Source of the DNA: Candidatus Kapaibacterium sp.
GTDB lineage: Bacteria > Bacteroidota > Ignavibacteria > Kapaibacteriales > JAEUSM01
DNA: 64,000 nt
Reading direction: 5' to 3'
Assembly: GCA_016788785.1 (NCBI GenBank)
Contig: JAEUSM010000013.1
Span: forward strand, 56,771 to 120,770
The notes under the pieces are model-generated. The model was not told the origin of the DNA, searched no databases, and saw nothing but the letters and a program-made list of their open reading frames with translations. Positions 29,029 to 38,180 of the stretch are shown here, piece by piece. Numbering within the stretch: position 1 is the first letter of the stretch; each line of letters begins with the position of its first letter. The position numbers and the translations under genes are program-made.

Positions 29029-30648
29029 ATGATGAATCAACATACATTTCTTTTTAGACCATTCAAAATTGTCTTGCTAATGATTTTATCATTAGCTATG
29101 ATGATACCGATACATATTGAACTTTCAGCATCATCTGTCAAAACATTCTTACTGAAAAAAAAGCCCAAAAAAGGGAAAAGTAAGGGAAAAGCCACTTCAA
29201 AAAAAAGTAAATCCTCAAAAAAATCCCGTTCTTCAAAAAAAGGGAAAAAAGGACGTAGAAGTAGTTCTAGATCCTCAAGAACAGCTCCAGCACCTCAAAA
29301 ACCCACAATTCAAACGACATCTGGTTTGGAGGATATTCGTTCAACTCCTCAAAGTTCATCCTTGACTTCGTTTGAATTAGTAACGGAAGAACGAATCACT
29401 TCTGGATTATCCTATAAAGTCTATCAGGCTACCGTAGGAACCAATGTTCACATTGCTCACGTTTTAGCAATGGACTGTGCAAACAAAGCAAATGACATAA
29501 AAATTGTCAAAGGGAAAGATCTTGTCGACGGATTAGAAAAACTTTCGACAATGGTTTCAAGAGTTAATTCAACCAGTAAAATCGATAAACTAATTGGTGC
29601 TGTCAATGCTAATTTTTGGCGAGCTGAAGACGATACTCCCATTGGTCCCACTGTTATCAACGGTGAAATTGTTGAAATGAATTCCTATAAAAAATGGACG
29701 AGTGGTTTTTTTGACAAGGACAATCGACTCTACATTGGTAATTTCGATATGACTGGTAAATTGGACTGTTCTAATGGAAACAAATATCAAATAAGTGATG
29801 TGAATTTCCGAAAAGATTCCATCGGAATCGTTTTATACAATGAATATGCTGGGAAAGAAATACCTTTTGTCAAAGAAACGGATGTCACAAAAGAATTAGA
29901 ACAACGACTCAAAAGTGATTCAATACTTCGATTAGTTGGTGATGATACTGAAGACGTTCGATCTATTGAAGAACTCAAACGCGATATTTTGCTCTCTCGT
30001 CAAGCTCGAAAAATAGATATTTCTACTCCAAAAATATTACTTCGATACTTGAAATCACCTGCAGTCAATCAAGAAACGAAATGTTTAGTGATAGATGCAG
30101 TATCCGAAGGTTCCGTTCCAATGCCAATTCATGGATGTGTTGTAACATTTGGAAAACAATATGATATCTCAGAATTACCAAAGGTAGGAGATACCGTTGT
30201 AGTGAAATTCTCCACTTCCGCAACTGCAAAAGTTCCCTTTTATAACGCAGTATGCGGAACTCCTCGTTTGGTTCGCAATGGTATACCAAAACATGAAGCT
30301 CGCGAGGAAGGTTCTCGTTCTACACGGTTTATCGATCACCAGCTTCCAAGAACAGCAATTGGAACGGATAAAAAACAAACCGTTGTTTACATTGCAGCGA
30401 TTGAACCCACAAAAACTACCACTGGTACAAAAGGGGTATCATTATCGACACTATCCTCAATAATGTCAGAGATTGGTTGTTATAATGCGATGAATTTGGA
30501 TGGTGGTGGTTCAACTGGAATGATTGTACAAAATAAAAACGTTCTTTTTCCTAACGCAGCGTCTACTGGCAGAAGTATTTCCGTTGGGTTAGGAATATCT
30601 ATAAAAAACAGAGTCTATTCTCCGAAAAAAACAGCCTCAAACAAATAA
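29029..30648 (+). CDS. secreted phosphodiester glycosidase (NAGPA/DUF2233) domain protein with polybasic Lys/Ser-rich linker
   Basis: A signal peptide is followed by the low-complexity segment 'KKKPKKGKSKGKATSKKSKSSKKSRSSKKGKKGRRSSSRSSR'. The C-terminal domain has the 'AMNLDGGGSTGM' signature of the phosphodiester glycosidase family. Confidence 0.7.
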   Translation: MMNQHTFLFRPFKIVLLMILSLAMMIPIHIELSASSVKTFLLKKKPKKGKSKGKATSKKSKSSKKSRSSKKGKKGRRSSSRSSRTAPAPQKPTIQTTSGLEDIRSTPQSSSLTSFELVTEERITSGLSYKVYQATVGTNVHIAHVLAMDCANKANDIKIVKGKDLVDGLEKLSTMVSRVNSTSKIDKLIGAVNANFWRAEDDTPIGPTVINGEIVEMNSYKKWTSGFFDKDNRLYIGNFDMTGKLDCSNGNKYQISDVNFRKDSIGIVLYNEYAGKEIPFVKETDVTKELEQRLKSDSILRLVGDDTEDVRSIEELKRDILLSRQARKIDISTPKILLRYLKSPAVNQETKCLVIDAVSEGSVPMPIHGCVVTFGKQYDISELPKVGDTVVVKFSTSATAKVPFYNAVCGTPRLVRNGIPKHEAREEGSRSTRFIDHQLPRTAIGTDKKQTVVYIAAIEPTKTTTGTKGVSLSTLSSIMSEIGCYNAMNLDGGGSTGMIVQNKNVLFPNAASTGRSISVGLGISIKNRVYSPKKTASNK

Positions 30649-30662
30649 TTTGAAAAAAAGTT

Positions 30663-31301
30663 ATGCTATACATTTATGGTTTCTTCTTTGCAGTTGGTGC
30701 TGTACTGTTAGCATTCTCATTATTTACTGGGAAAGATGCTGATGCTGATACCGATGTCCACGTTGGTGGAGACGCTGACATTAATGGAATTGGTAAATTA
30801 GATGCTGGAGCATTAGCAAAAGCGGATATTTCGCTACATGCTGATTCATCTATTACAACTACAGATGCAAGTGTCAGCGAGTCCATTCTCAGTTTCCTTT
30901 CCATTAGAAATTTGATGTTCTTTGGAACATTTTTTGGTGCAACTGGAATTACACTTACCTTTCTAAGCTATCCTTCCTTTCTTACCTTTCTTTCCTCTAT
31001 CGGTGTTGGTTCTATCTTAGGACTAAGTTCACATTATATATTTAAATTTCTCAAAACAAATGAAATCTTAGAAGAAACTACGTTTTCTGATTTTATTGGA
31101 ATGACCGCCAAAGTTAAAGTACCTGTTGCAAAAGGTCGTTCTGGTAAAATTATCGTAACACAAAAAGGAAGAACCGTAGAAATTTTGGCAAAATTAGATG
31201 AAGATGCTGAAGAAGAAATAGCAAATGTTGGAGAAATGGTGTATATTGTATCAATGAATTCTAATATAGCAACAATTATTGTCAATAGTGATATTTCCTA
31301 A
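30663..31301 (+). CDS. NfeD-like membrane protein (short form, OB-fold C-terminus)
   Basis: The N-terminal TM helices and C-terminal beta-rich segment 'MTAKVKVPVAKGRSGKIIVTQKGRTVEILAKLDEDAEEEIANVGEMVYIVSMN' are typical of YuaF/NfeD. The gene lies immediately upstream of the flotillin gene. Confidence 0.6.
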   Translation: MLYIYGFFFAVGAVLLAFSLFTGKDADADTDVHVGGDADINGIGKLDAGALAKADISLHADSSITTTDASVSESILSFLSIRNLMFFGTFFGATGITLTFLSYPSFLTFLSSIGVGSILGLSSHYIFKFLKTNEILEETTFSDFIGMTAKVKVPVAKGRSGKIIVTQKGRTVEILAKLDEDAEEEIANVGEMVYIVSMNSNIATIIVNSDIS

Positions 31302-31322
31302 ACCCCATAAAGTGAGTATTGT

Positions 31323-32678
31323 ATGGAAGAATTTGTAAGTTTTTTGTTTTCCGTAGGTGGAATTACCTTTGTTGGATTTTTTTTCTTACTTATTTTCATT
31401 AAAAAGTTATTGATTATTTGCCATCCAAATGAAATTGTCATTTTATCTGGAAGGAAAAGATCTTTACCTGATGGTAGTATAGTTGGGTACCGTATCATTC
31501 GTGGTGGCAGAGCATTGCGTATCCCTATCATAGAAAAAGCTGCTCGAATGTCGTTGGAAGTGATTCCAATCGAATTGCACGTTTCGAATTGTTATTCAAA
31601 GGGTGGTATTCCTTTGACTGTCAACGCTATTGCAAACATTAAAATTGACTCCAAAGAGCCGACCTTAGGTAATTCCGTTGAACGATTTTTGGGTATGAAA
31701 CGTGAAGAAATCTTACAAATTGCCAAAGATACTTTAGAAGGAAATTTACGTGGTGTTTTAGCTTCTCTTACTCCCGAAGAGGTGAATGAGGATCGACTCA
31801 AATTTGCTCATACCCTTATTGATGAGGCAGAAGACGATTTGAAACAATTGGGTCTACAACTTGATACGTTAAAAATCCAAAATGTTGTTGATGAAGCAGG
31901 ATATTTGGACTCTATCGGTCGGAGAAAAACTGCTGAAGTATTAGCTCAAGCTCGTACAGCTGAGGCGGAACGTCAGTCTGAAGCAGAACGTGCTGAGGCA
32001 GTTTCTCGTCAAGAGGCAGAAGTTGCAAAAGCAAAATCTGAACTTGCTATCAAAAACGCACAAATTGATAAAGATCGTGAAATACGTGTCAATCAAACCC
32101 TTGCTCAACAACAAATTGAGATAGAAAACAACAATCTTCGTGTGAAAAAAGCGGAATTAGAGAAAATTTCCATCATCAAAGAAAATGAAGCTCAAATTGC
32201 CGGTGAAATTACGAAAGTAAAATACGAACAAGAAATGGAACAAGAACGTATTGCACTTCAACAACGTCGATTGATGGCTGATGTTATCGAACCTGCTCGT
32301 GCGAAAAAAGAGGCAACAGAATTAGAAGCAAAAGCTCAAGCAGCATTGATTTTGGAAAGTGGAAATGCGAATTTGGAAATCTTTAAACGAACTACTGAGT
32401 TATTCCAAAAAGCTGGATCCGATGCAGAACGCATTATGATTTTGAATATGTTTCCGAAAATTTTGGAACAATTAACTTCAGTTGTGCAAGATGTGAATAT
32501 AGATAGAATTTCTGTGATAGATAATGGCGGTCAAGGAAGTGATGGAAGTGGACTTTCAAAAGTCATTAACCAATTGCCATCTGCTGTTGTGAATTTCGGT
32601 GAAGTTGTCAAAAACGCCACTGGAATTGACATTTTTAAACAACTTCAGGATTCAAAGACTCCTGATACTAAGGAATAA
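31323..32678 (+). CDS. flotillin-like SPFH/band-7 protein (FloT/YqiK-type)
   Basis: An N-terminal TM segment is followed by the SPFH domain ('PNEIVILSGRK...RIIRGGRALRIPIIEKAARMSLEVIPIELHV') and a long Ala/Glu-rich coiled coil ('AEAERQSEAERAEAVSRQEAEVAKAKSELAIKNAQID'). Confidence 0.85.
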   Translation: MEEFVSFLFSVGGITFVGFFFLLIFIKKLLIICHPNEIVILSGRKRSLPDGSIVGYRIIRGGRALRIPIIEKAARMSLEVIPIELHVSNCYSKGGIPLTVNAIANIKIDSKEPTLGNSVERFLGMKREEILQIAKDTLEGNLRGVLASLTPEEVNEDRLKFAHTLIDEAEDDLKQLGLQLDTLKIQNVVDEAGYLDSIGRRKTAEVLAQARTAEAERQSEAERAEAVSRQEAEVAKAKSELAIKNAQIDKDREIRVNQTLAQQQIEIENNNLRVKKAELEKISIIKENEAQIAGEITKVKYEQEMEQERIALQQRRLMADVIEPARAKKEATELEAKAQAALILESGNANLEIFKRTTELFQKAGSDAERIMILNMFPKILEQLTSVVQDVNIDRISVIDNGGQGSDGSGLSKVINQLPSAVVNFGEVVKNATGIDIFKQLQDSKTPDTKE

Positions 32679-32737
32679 TATTGCTTAATTAACACTGTTA
32701 CTTTTCCAAATTTTTATCATTTTCAAGCAATTTTTAT

Positions 32738-32768
32738 GGGGCGAAAGAAATTTCGCCCCTTTTTTTTG
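32738..32768 (+). terminator. intrinsic terminator (module F hairpin GGGGCGAAA-GAAA-TTTCGCCCC followed by a T8 run)
   Basis: The sequence 'ggggcgaaagaaatttcgcccctttttttt' lies 60 nt after the flotillin stop. The identical element recurs at 34690. Confidence 0.8.
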
Positions 32769-33024
32769 TGTTCGGTCTTTCACGATGGGTTAAAACCCAT
32801 CGCTACAAAAGGAAGCCCCTTCAGGGCTTGACCGGAAAACAGTAAAGACAGTGTCAGAAGATAAGTTCCCCGCTTGAGGGGTGCCACCGGTCACTGAGCG
32901 TAGTCGAAGTGTGGCGGGGTGGAATCTGAAGAAAATCTTCCTCTCCCCTTTGAGGGAGAGGGATGGGGTTAGGGGGTATTCGGAATAAAACGGGCAACCG
33001 TAAATGTTGCCCGTACTTTTTTTG
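32738..33024. repeat. GC-rich mosaic hairpin array 5
   Basis: Terminator module F is followed by the hairpin 'gatgggttaaaacccatc' (32783-32800) and module G 'gccccttcagggcttgacc' (32813-32834). Module E 'ccccgcttgagggg' is at 32869-32882 and module D (reverse complement) at 32882-32925. Module A 'cctctcccctttgagggagagggatggggttaggggg' is at 32938-32975, and the terminator-like 'acgggcaaccgtaaatgttgcccgt' plus a T7 run is at 32990-33024. Confidence 0.8.
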
Positions 33025-33116
33025 TTAAAAAGATTCCAACACATCGTAAAAGTCACCTATTTCATTTGATATTTTTGAATTTTAATTTTTTTTTCCTATA
33101 TTAGAAGTTATTAATT

Positions 33117-34661
33117 GTGGTCCATCAAAATAAGGAGAAAATCATGAAATACTTCTTTCTTTTATTATGTGCAACATCGTTATCCATTGCACAAGGAATA
33201 AATCAAAAACCTCCGTTTCTATGGGAAAACATATACACCGAAGGAATAATGAGAAGAGGAACTTTTAGGTTCTTTCATCCATTTGACCAACAATCTGTTT
33301 TAGTTATTAGTGAGCAATTAACTGATACTTCTTTTTCGCTTAGATTTTTTCAAAAGTATAATATACTTTCTGGCGAAATTGAGTGGACAAAACCCGGAGA
33401 AGTTGAAGGAAAGCCATTAGACATTCCAATCGCCCCAACTTTTTATTATCAACCGACAAAAGTTGACAATAAAATTTTGATTTCCTCATTAGCTAAACCT
33501 GCAGGTGATCTTGGCTCTACTTTTAGCTTTAGAAGGCAATTTTCTATTGATTCCGATGGAAACACTAAGTTTGAGAGGCTTTATGAAAACAACAGAGAGA
33601 TATTTAAGTCAAAACATCTTAAAGTTGTTGACCAGAATGAGTATATTTATCTTTCGGAGCTTATAAGTTCTGAACAAAATTTTTCAGATAGTACTCTTTT
33701 TAATTACGAGAAAGATGGTATAATTTCTTCTTACCCATTGAAACGCTTTTCTATGATGCATAGTTCACAATGGAATTTGTCAAATGCATGGAAAAGAGCT
33801 GATGGAAAAATTGATTTTATATTAGCGTCTTACAATGAAGATACTAATTGTATTTCATTTAGAACTCTTGATGTAGAAAAGGAAACAATATCAGATGTTA
33901 GTATTATGGGAGAAGAACTTGGTTTAACACCTGATGCATTTCTGACAGTGAGAGATTCTAAGAAAATTGACCACTATTATTATGTTGTTGTTGATGTAGG
34001 TTACTATTACGCTCCTGATAATATACTTTTAAAATTAGACCAAAATGGTAATGTGCTCAAACAAACTGGTTTTAGTGGTTACTCATCTACATGGGGTATG
34101 GAAAAAGGTCCAAATAACTCTATCATCTTGTATGGAGGTACATTTATACCAAATGAAAATCCTAACACCAAAACTAACCAATGGATTGCTCAATTTGATA
34201 CCGAATTGAATAAAATGAATGAGTTTATTTGGGGTACAAACGAAGTTGACATTACAACAGTTGCTACTTATTTTGACGGTGTAGGGTTACTTACCGGTGG
34301 TTTTTATAATAAAAACGATAAAAATTATACATGTACACCTCAAATTGGTCTCATCCCTGAATCTGTGTTTTTGGATGTGTCTTCTGTTGCTGAAAAAAAA
34401 TCAGAAACACTTACAATGCAAATTGTAGAAGATGCTTCTGCAAATTCCTCTTTAGTAGTGAATTCTAAACATCAGCAAACAGTTACTATTAATTTACTTG
34501 ATGCTAATGGAAGATTGGTATCTGTTGTTTCAACAGGAATTCTTTCAGAAGGTGAAAACCGATTTACCTTACCAACATCACTCTCGAATGGAATGTATCT
34601 GGTGAGTTGTGAGCAAAATGGTACTATACTTAGCTCTGAAAAATTCATTATCAAAAAATAG
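33117..34661 (+). CDS. secreted protein with T9SS C-terminal sorting domain, unknown function
   Basis: It has a signal peptide ('MKYFFLLLCATSLSIAQG'). The C-terminal ~90 aa ('...VVNSKHQQTVTINLLDANGRLVSVVSTGILSEGENRFTLPTSLSNGMYLVSCEQNGTILSSEKFIIKK') resemble the Por secretion tail. An ATG at 33144 is an alternative start. Confidence 0.6.
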   Translation: MVHQNKEKIMKYFFLLLCATSLSIAQGINQKPPFLWENIYTEGIMRRGTFRFFHPFDQQSVLVISEQLTDTSFSLRFFQKYNILSGEIEWTKPGEVEGKPLDIPIAPTFYYQPTKVDNKILISSLAKPAGDLGSTFSFRRQFSIDSDGNTKFERLYENNREIFKSKHLKVVDQNEYIYLSELISSEQNFSDSTLFNYEKDGIISSYPLKRFSMMHSSQWNLSNAWKRADGKIDFILASYNEDTNCISFRTLDVEKETISDVSIMGEELGLTPDAFLTVRDSKKIDHYYYVVVDVGYYYAPDNILLKLDQNGNVLKQTGFSGYSSTWGMEKGPNNSIILYGGTFIPNENPNTKTNQWIAQFDTELNKMNEFIWGTNEVDITTVATYFDGVGLLTGGFYNKNDKNYTCTPQIGLIPESVFLDVSSVAEKKSETLTMQIVEDASANSSLVVNSKHQQTVTINLLDANGRLVSVVSTGILSEGENRFTLPTSLSNGMYLVSCEQNGTILSSEKFIIKK

Positions 34662-34689
34662 TTTTTTTTCTAATCAGTGTCATATCTTA

Positions 34690-34720
34690 GGGGCGAAAGA
34701 AATTTCGCCCCTTTTTTTTA
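34690..34720 (+). terminator. intrinsic terminator (second copy of module F)
   Basis: The sequence 'ggggcgaaagaaatttcgcccctttttttt' begins 29 nt after the stop of 33117..34661. Confidence 0.8.
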
Positions 34721-35005
34721 TATTACCCCTCACCCCAGCCCTCTCCCTCAAAGGGAGAGGGAGTTTACTAATAACATTCTCTAATATTTCAAAATATAGG
34801 TTGTTCCCTCGCCCCATTGGGGAGAGGGTTAGGGAGAGGGGGTTTTTCTTCATAAATGGGCGTAAGCAATACGCCCCTACAATACCAATAAACGATAAGT
34901 TCCCCTCTTGAGGGGTGTCACCGGTCACTGATCGTAGTCGAAGTGTGGCGGGGTGGAATCGTCATCGAAACGTGTAGAGACAGGGCATGCCCTGTCTCTA
35001 CAAAA
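34690..35005. repeat. GC-rich mosaic hairpin array 6
   Basis: Module F is followed by module A-prime (34726-34765) and module A (34806-34845). The hairpin 'gggcgtaagcaatacgccc' is at 34858-34877, module E 'cccctcttgagggg' at 34902-34915 and module D (reverse complement) at 34914-34958. A perfect 30-bp palindrome 'tgtagagacagggcatgccctgtctctaca' occupies 34973-35002. Confidence 0.8.
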
Positions 35006-35030
35006 CCAAACGAAAGTTAGTAGGCTTTTT

Positions 35031-35393
35031 TTATGATTTGGAAAGCATTTGTAATTCAATTTGTTGTGCTTTTTTCAATTTAGAAATGACTAAATTGTAC
35101 GAGTTATCAATAATTTCTCGTAAGAATGCATCAGAAAGACATTCCTCCAATGGTATAGTAGCCCAATGTTGTTTATTCATATGATAACCCGGTTTTACGC
35201 ATGGAAATTCACTTTGTAATTCGGCATTACGTTCTGGTTCTATTTTCACATTCATCGAAACGGCATCCGGAACATCAACAAGTAAAAACATTTTTCCCAT
35301 TACTTTGAAAACGAGTGTATCCTCTCCAAAAGGGAATTCTGCTACAACCCCATTTTTTTGACTGCAGATTGCCTCAAGTTCTTGAAACGTCAT
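35031..35393 (-). CDS. MmcQ/YjbR-family DNA-binding protein
   Basis: The 120-aa N-terminus 'MTFQELEAICSQKNGVVAEFPFGEDTLVFKVMGKMFLLV' matches the YjbR/MmcQ family pattern. Confidence 0.7.
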   Translation of the reverse strand: MTFQELEAICSQKNGVVAEFPFGEDTLVFKVMGKMFLLVDVPDAVSMNVKIEPERNAELQSEFPCVKPGYHMNKQHWATIPLEECLSDAFLREIIDNSYNLVISKLKKAQQIELQMLSKS

Positions 35394-35629
35394 TTATTAC
35401 TCCTACATTAAATATGTCTATGAATCGTTTACAATGGTATGCGTACTAAAACAATCACAGCGACATCTTCGTTAGTCAAAGGCACCATCAAAGGCGGTTC
35501 GTTTTTGAGTGTTGCTTTAGTTCGTTTTGCCAATCTTCACCCTCTTACAAACACCATTCCCGAATCCTACTGATTCAAATTTCCATTCATTGGTGTTTTT
35601 TCTATACTAATTTACTAAAATTTTAATTA

Positions 35630-36979
35630 TTGGAGCAATATACTATGTATACCCCTACATATTCTATACAATCAAAAGATGTACATTCAACGCTGTCGAA
35701 CTATATGTTAGCCGATGGATTTGACTATGTACTTGACGATAAAAACAGCAAAGACGGTTATTTTGTTGATGCACGTTCAGGGAAAAAATATCTCGATTTC
35801 TTTTCTTGTTTTGCATCAGTTCCTATTGCACTTAATCACCCAAAATTACTTCAAAATGATTTTGCTACATATTTGGGTTCAATTGCCTTACACAAACCCT
35901 CGAATTCTGATGTATATTCAGAAGTAATGGCAACATTTGTCAAAACTCTTTTTGAACTTTGTTTGCCATCAGATTTTAAATACAGTTTTTTCATCGAAGG
36001 GGGAGCATTGGCAAATGAAAACGCACTAAAAACCGCTTTCGATTGGAAAATTCGTCAAAATTTCCGCAAAGGGTACACCTACGAAAAAGGTACAAAAGTA
36101 CTTCATTTTCAACAAGCCTTTCACGGTCGTTCAGGATACACAATGTCATTGACCAATACTGACCCAACCAAAGTGAAATATTTTCCTAAATTCGACTGGC
36201 CTCGTGTAGAAAATCCGTTTATTCATTTTCCTCTTACTGAAGAAAGTTTGCAAAATGTAATTGAGGCTGAAAAGCGCTCTCTTGCACAAATTAAAATGGC
36301 TTTCCGTGAACATACCGATGAGATTGCTGCGATTATCATTGAACCAATTCAAGGCGAAGGTGGAGATAACCACTTTAGACCAGAATTTTTACAGCAACTT
36401 CGCACTATTGCTGATGAAGAACAAGCATTATTGATATTCGATGAAGTGCAAACTGGAGTAGGAATTACTGGTACAATGTGGGCATTTCAACAATTAGGTG
36501 TAGTTCCTGATATCGTTACATTTGGTAAAAAGATGCAAGTGTGTGGTATGGCTGTAACTAATCGCGTTGATTCAGAGCCTGAAAATGTTTTCAAAGTTTC
36601 TTCTCGAATTAATTCAACTTGGGGTGGGAACTTAGTAGATATGGCTCGTGTAACACGCTATTTGGAAATTATTGATGAGGATAATCTCGTTAATAATGCA
36701 AAAGTACAAGGCGAAGAATTGTTAAAACAGTTAAATTCTTTACAACAGGAATTTCCAGAGGTTGTTTCTTCTCCACGTGGGCGTGGTCTTTATTGTGCAT
36801 TTACACTTTCAACGCCTGAATTACGCTCCAAATTGGTGAATAAAACATTTGACAACGGATTGTTTGTTATCGGTTCTGGAACACGCTCAATGCGTTTTAG
36901 ACCAACCTTGGATATCACCACTGAACATATCACAAAAGGTATTGATATCATTAGAACTTCTTTGAAAGAAATTCTCTAA
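35630..36979 (+). CDS. lat: L-lysine 6-transaminase (class III PLP aminotransferase)
   Basis: The segment 'KPSNSDVYSEVMATFVKTLFELCLPSDFKYSFFIEGGALANENALKTAFDWKIRQN' closely parallels lysine epsilon-aminotransferases such as M. tuberculosis Rv3290c. Further matches are 'FDEVQTGVGITGTMWAFQQLGVVPDIVTFGKK' and 'SRINSTWGGNL'. Confidence 0.8.
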   Translation: MEQYTMYTPTYSIQSKDVHSTLSNYMLADGFDYVLDDKNSKDGYFVDARSGKKYLDFFSCFASVPIALNHPKLLQNDFATYLGSIALHKPSNSDVYSEVMATFVKTLFELCLPSDFKYSFFIEGGALANENALKTAFDWKIRQNFRKGYTYEKGTKVLHFQQAFHGRSGYTMSLTNTDPTKVKYFPKFDWPRVENPFIHFPLTEESLQNVIEAEKRSLAQIKMAFREHTDEIAAIIIEPIQGEGGDNHFRPEFLQQLRTIADEEQALLIFDEVQTGVGITGTMWAFQQLGVVPDIVTFGKKMQVCGMAVTNRVDSEPENVFKVSSRINSTWGGNLVDMARVTRYLEIIDEDNLVNNAKVQGEELLKQLNSLQQEFPEVVSSPRGRGLYCAFTLSTPELRSKLVNKTFDNGLFVIGSGTRSMRFRPTLDITTEHITKGIDIIRTSLKEIL

Positions 36980-37003
36980 TATCATTTCAATTTGATACAA
37001 AAA

Positions 37004-37042
37004 GAAACCCTCGTTTACTGACGTGAACGAGGGTTTATTTTT
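37004..37042. terminator. bidirectional intrinsic terminator between the convergent lat and desaturase genes
   Basis: The sequence 'aaaccctcgtt-tactgacgtg-aacgagggttt' is flanked by an A-run upstream and 'atttttat' downstream. Confidence 0.7.
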
Positions 37043-37064
37043 ATATAAATATGTTAACAATTCT

Positions 37065-37973
37065 TTAAGAAAGTACTGTTTCTGGTTGTTTTTCTGAAAT
37101 TACTTTTGGAACTTCTTCAACAGGTACCTGATTTTTTATCCATGTTTTGTTGTTTGGATCCATTAAATCTTTCGGTACCGGACGAAGTTTCCAAATCAAA
37201 CCTAACCAAGATAACACCTTCAGACCATAATAGGTGATGTCAATTTCATACCAAAAGAATCCATTTCGAGCGGAAGCTTGAAAACGGTGGTGATTGTTGT
37301 GCCATCCTTCACCTAATGTAACCAATGATAGAATGAAGTTGTTTCGGCTTGTATCAGTGGTTGAATAACGACGTTTACCCCATGTATGTGATAACGAGTT
37401 AATAGTAAAAGTCCCATGCCACAAAAACGTAGTAGCAATAGCAAAACCCCAAAGTAATCCTGGCCATCCGAAAATGAGCGTAATTGCAATCGCATAGGTG
37501 ACAGGTGCAATTTGCCAGTATTTATTCAAAAATACTAACTCTGGAAACTTCATAAAATCACGAATCAACGCTTCATTATGTTGTTTGTAATCTGGAGATA
37601 GAACCCAACCTGCATGAGAATGCCAAAAACCACCATATTTAGGAGAATGGATATCACCTTCTAAATCAGAATGAGCATGATGATGACGATGATGTGATGC
37701 CCACCATAACACTCCTTTTTGGGAAGATGTCATCGCCATAAACGCCAAGAAAAACTGAAACCAACGTGAGGTTTCATAGGTTTTATGGGAAAAATAACGG
37801 TGATAAGCACCAGTAATAAAAAACATACGTAAATAATACGAACCAACTGCCAAACCAACATACCACCAGTGAAAGTCGATAAAAAAGGCTATAAAACATG
37901 ATAAATGAATTCCCCAAAATAACAAGGTGCTATTTTGAGTTAGTTGGTACGGAATGTACTTTTTGAGTGACAT
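37065..37973 (-). CDS. acyl-CoA (stearoyl-CoA-type) delta-9 fatty acid desaturase
   Basis: The three His boxes are present: 'HRYFSH', 'HHRHHHAHSD' and 'HNNHHRF'. The protein has four TM helices and is 302 aa long. Confidence 0.85.
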   Translation of the reverse strand: MSLKKYIPYQLTQNSTLLFWGIHLSCFIAFFIDFHWWYVGLAVGSYYLRMFFITGAYHRYFSHKTYETSRWFQFFLAFMAMTSSQKGVLWWASHHRHHHAHSDLEGDIHSPKYGGFWHSHAGWVLSPDYKQHNEALIRDFMKFPELVFLNKYWQIAPVTYAIAITLIFGWPGLLWGFAIATTFLWHGTFTINSLSHTWGKRRYSTTDTSRNNFILSLVTLGEGWHNNHHRFQASARNGFFWYEIDITYYGLKVLSWLGLIWKLRPVPKDLMDPNNKTWIKNQVPVEEVPKVISEKQPETVLS

Positions 37974-38180
37974 AATTTTTTTTACAGAAAAATGTAAAAG
38001 TAAGTAGCTTGTGTTTTACAAATATACAATCTTCATTTGAATTTTAGTAATAATTTCATGAATTTATTGCGTTGTATTTTGATAAATAGTAGACGTTTCA
38101 ACTGTGAGATAATTATCCCTTAAAACACTAAAGACCAATATATTCGTTATATTTTGTTGTTTCAAATCAAGAACCGTTGA

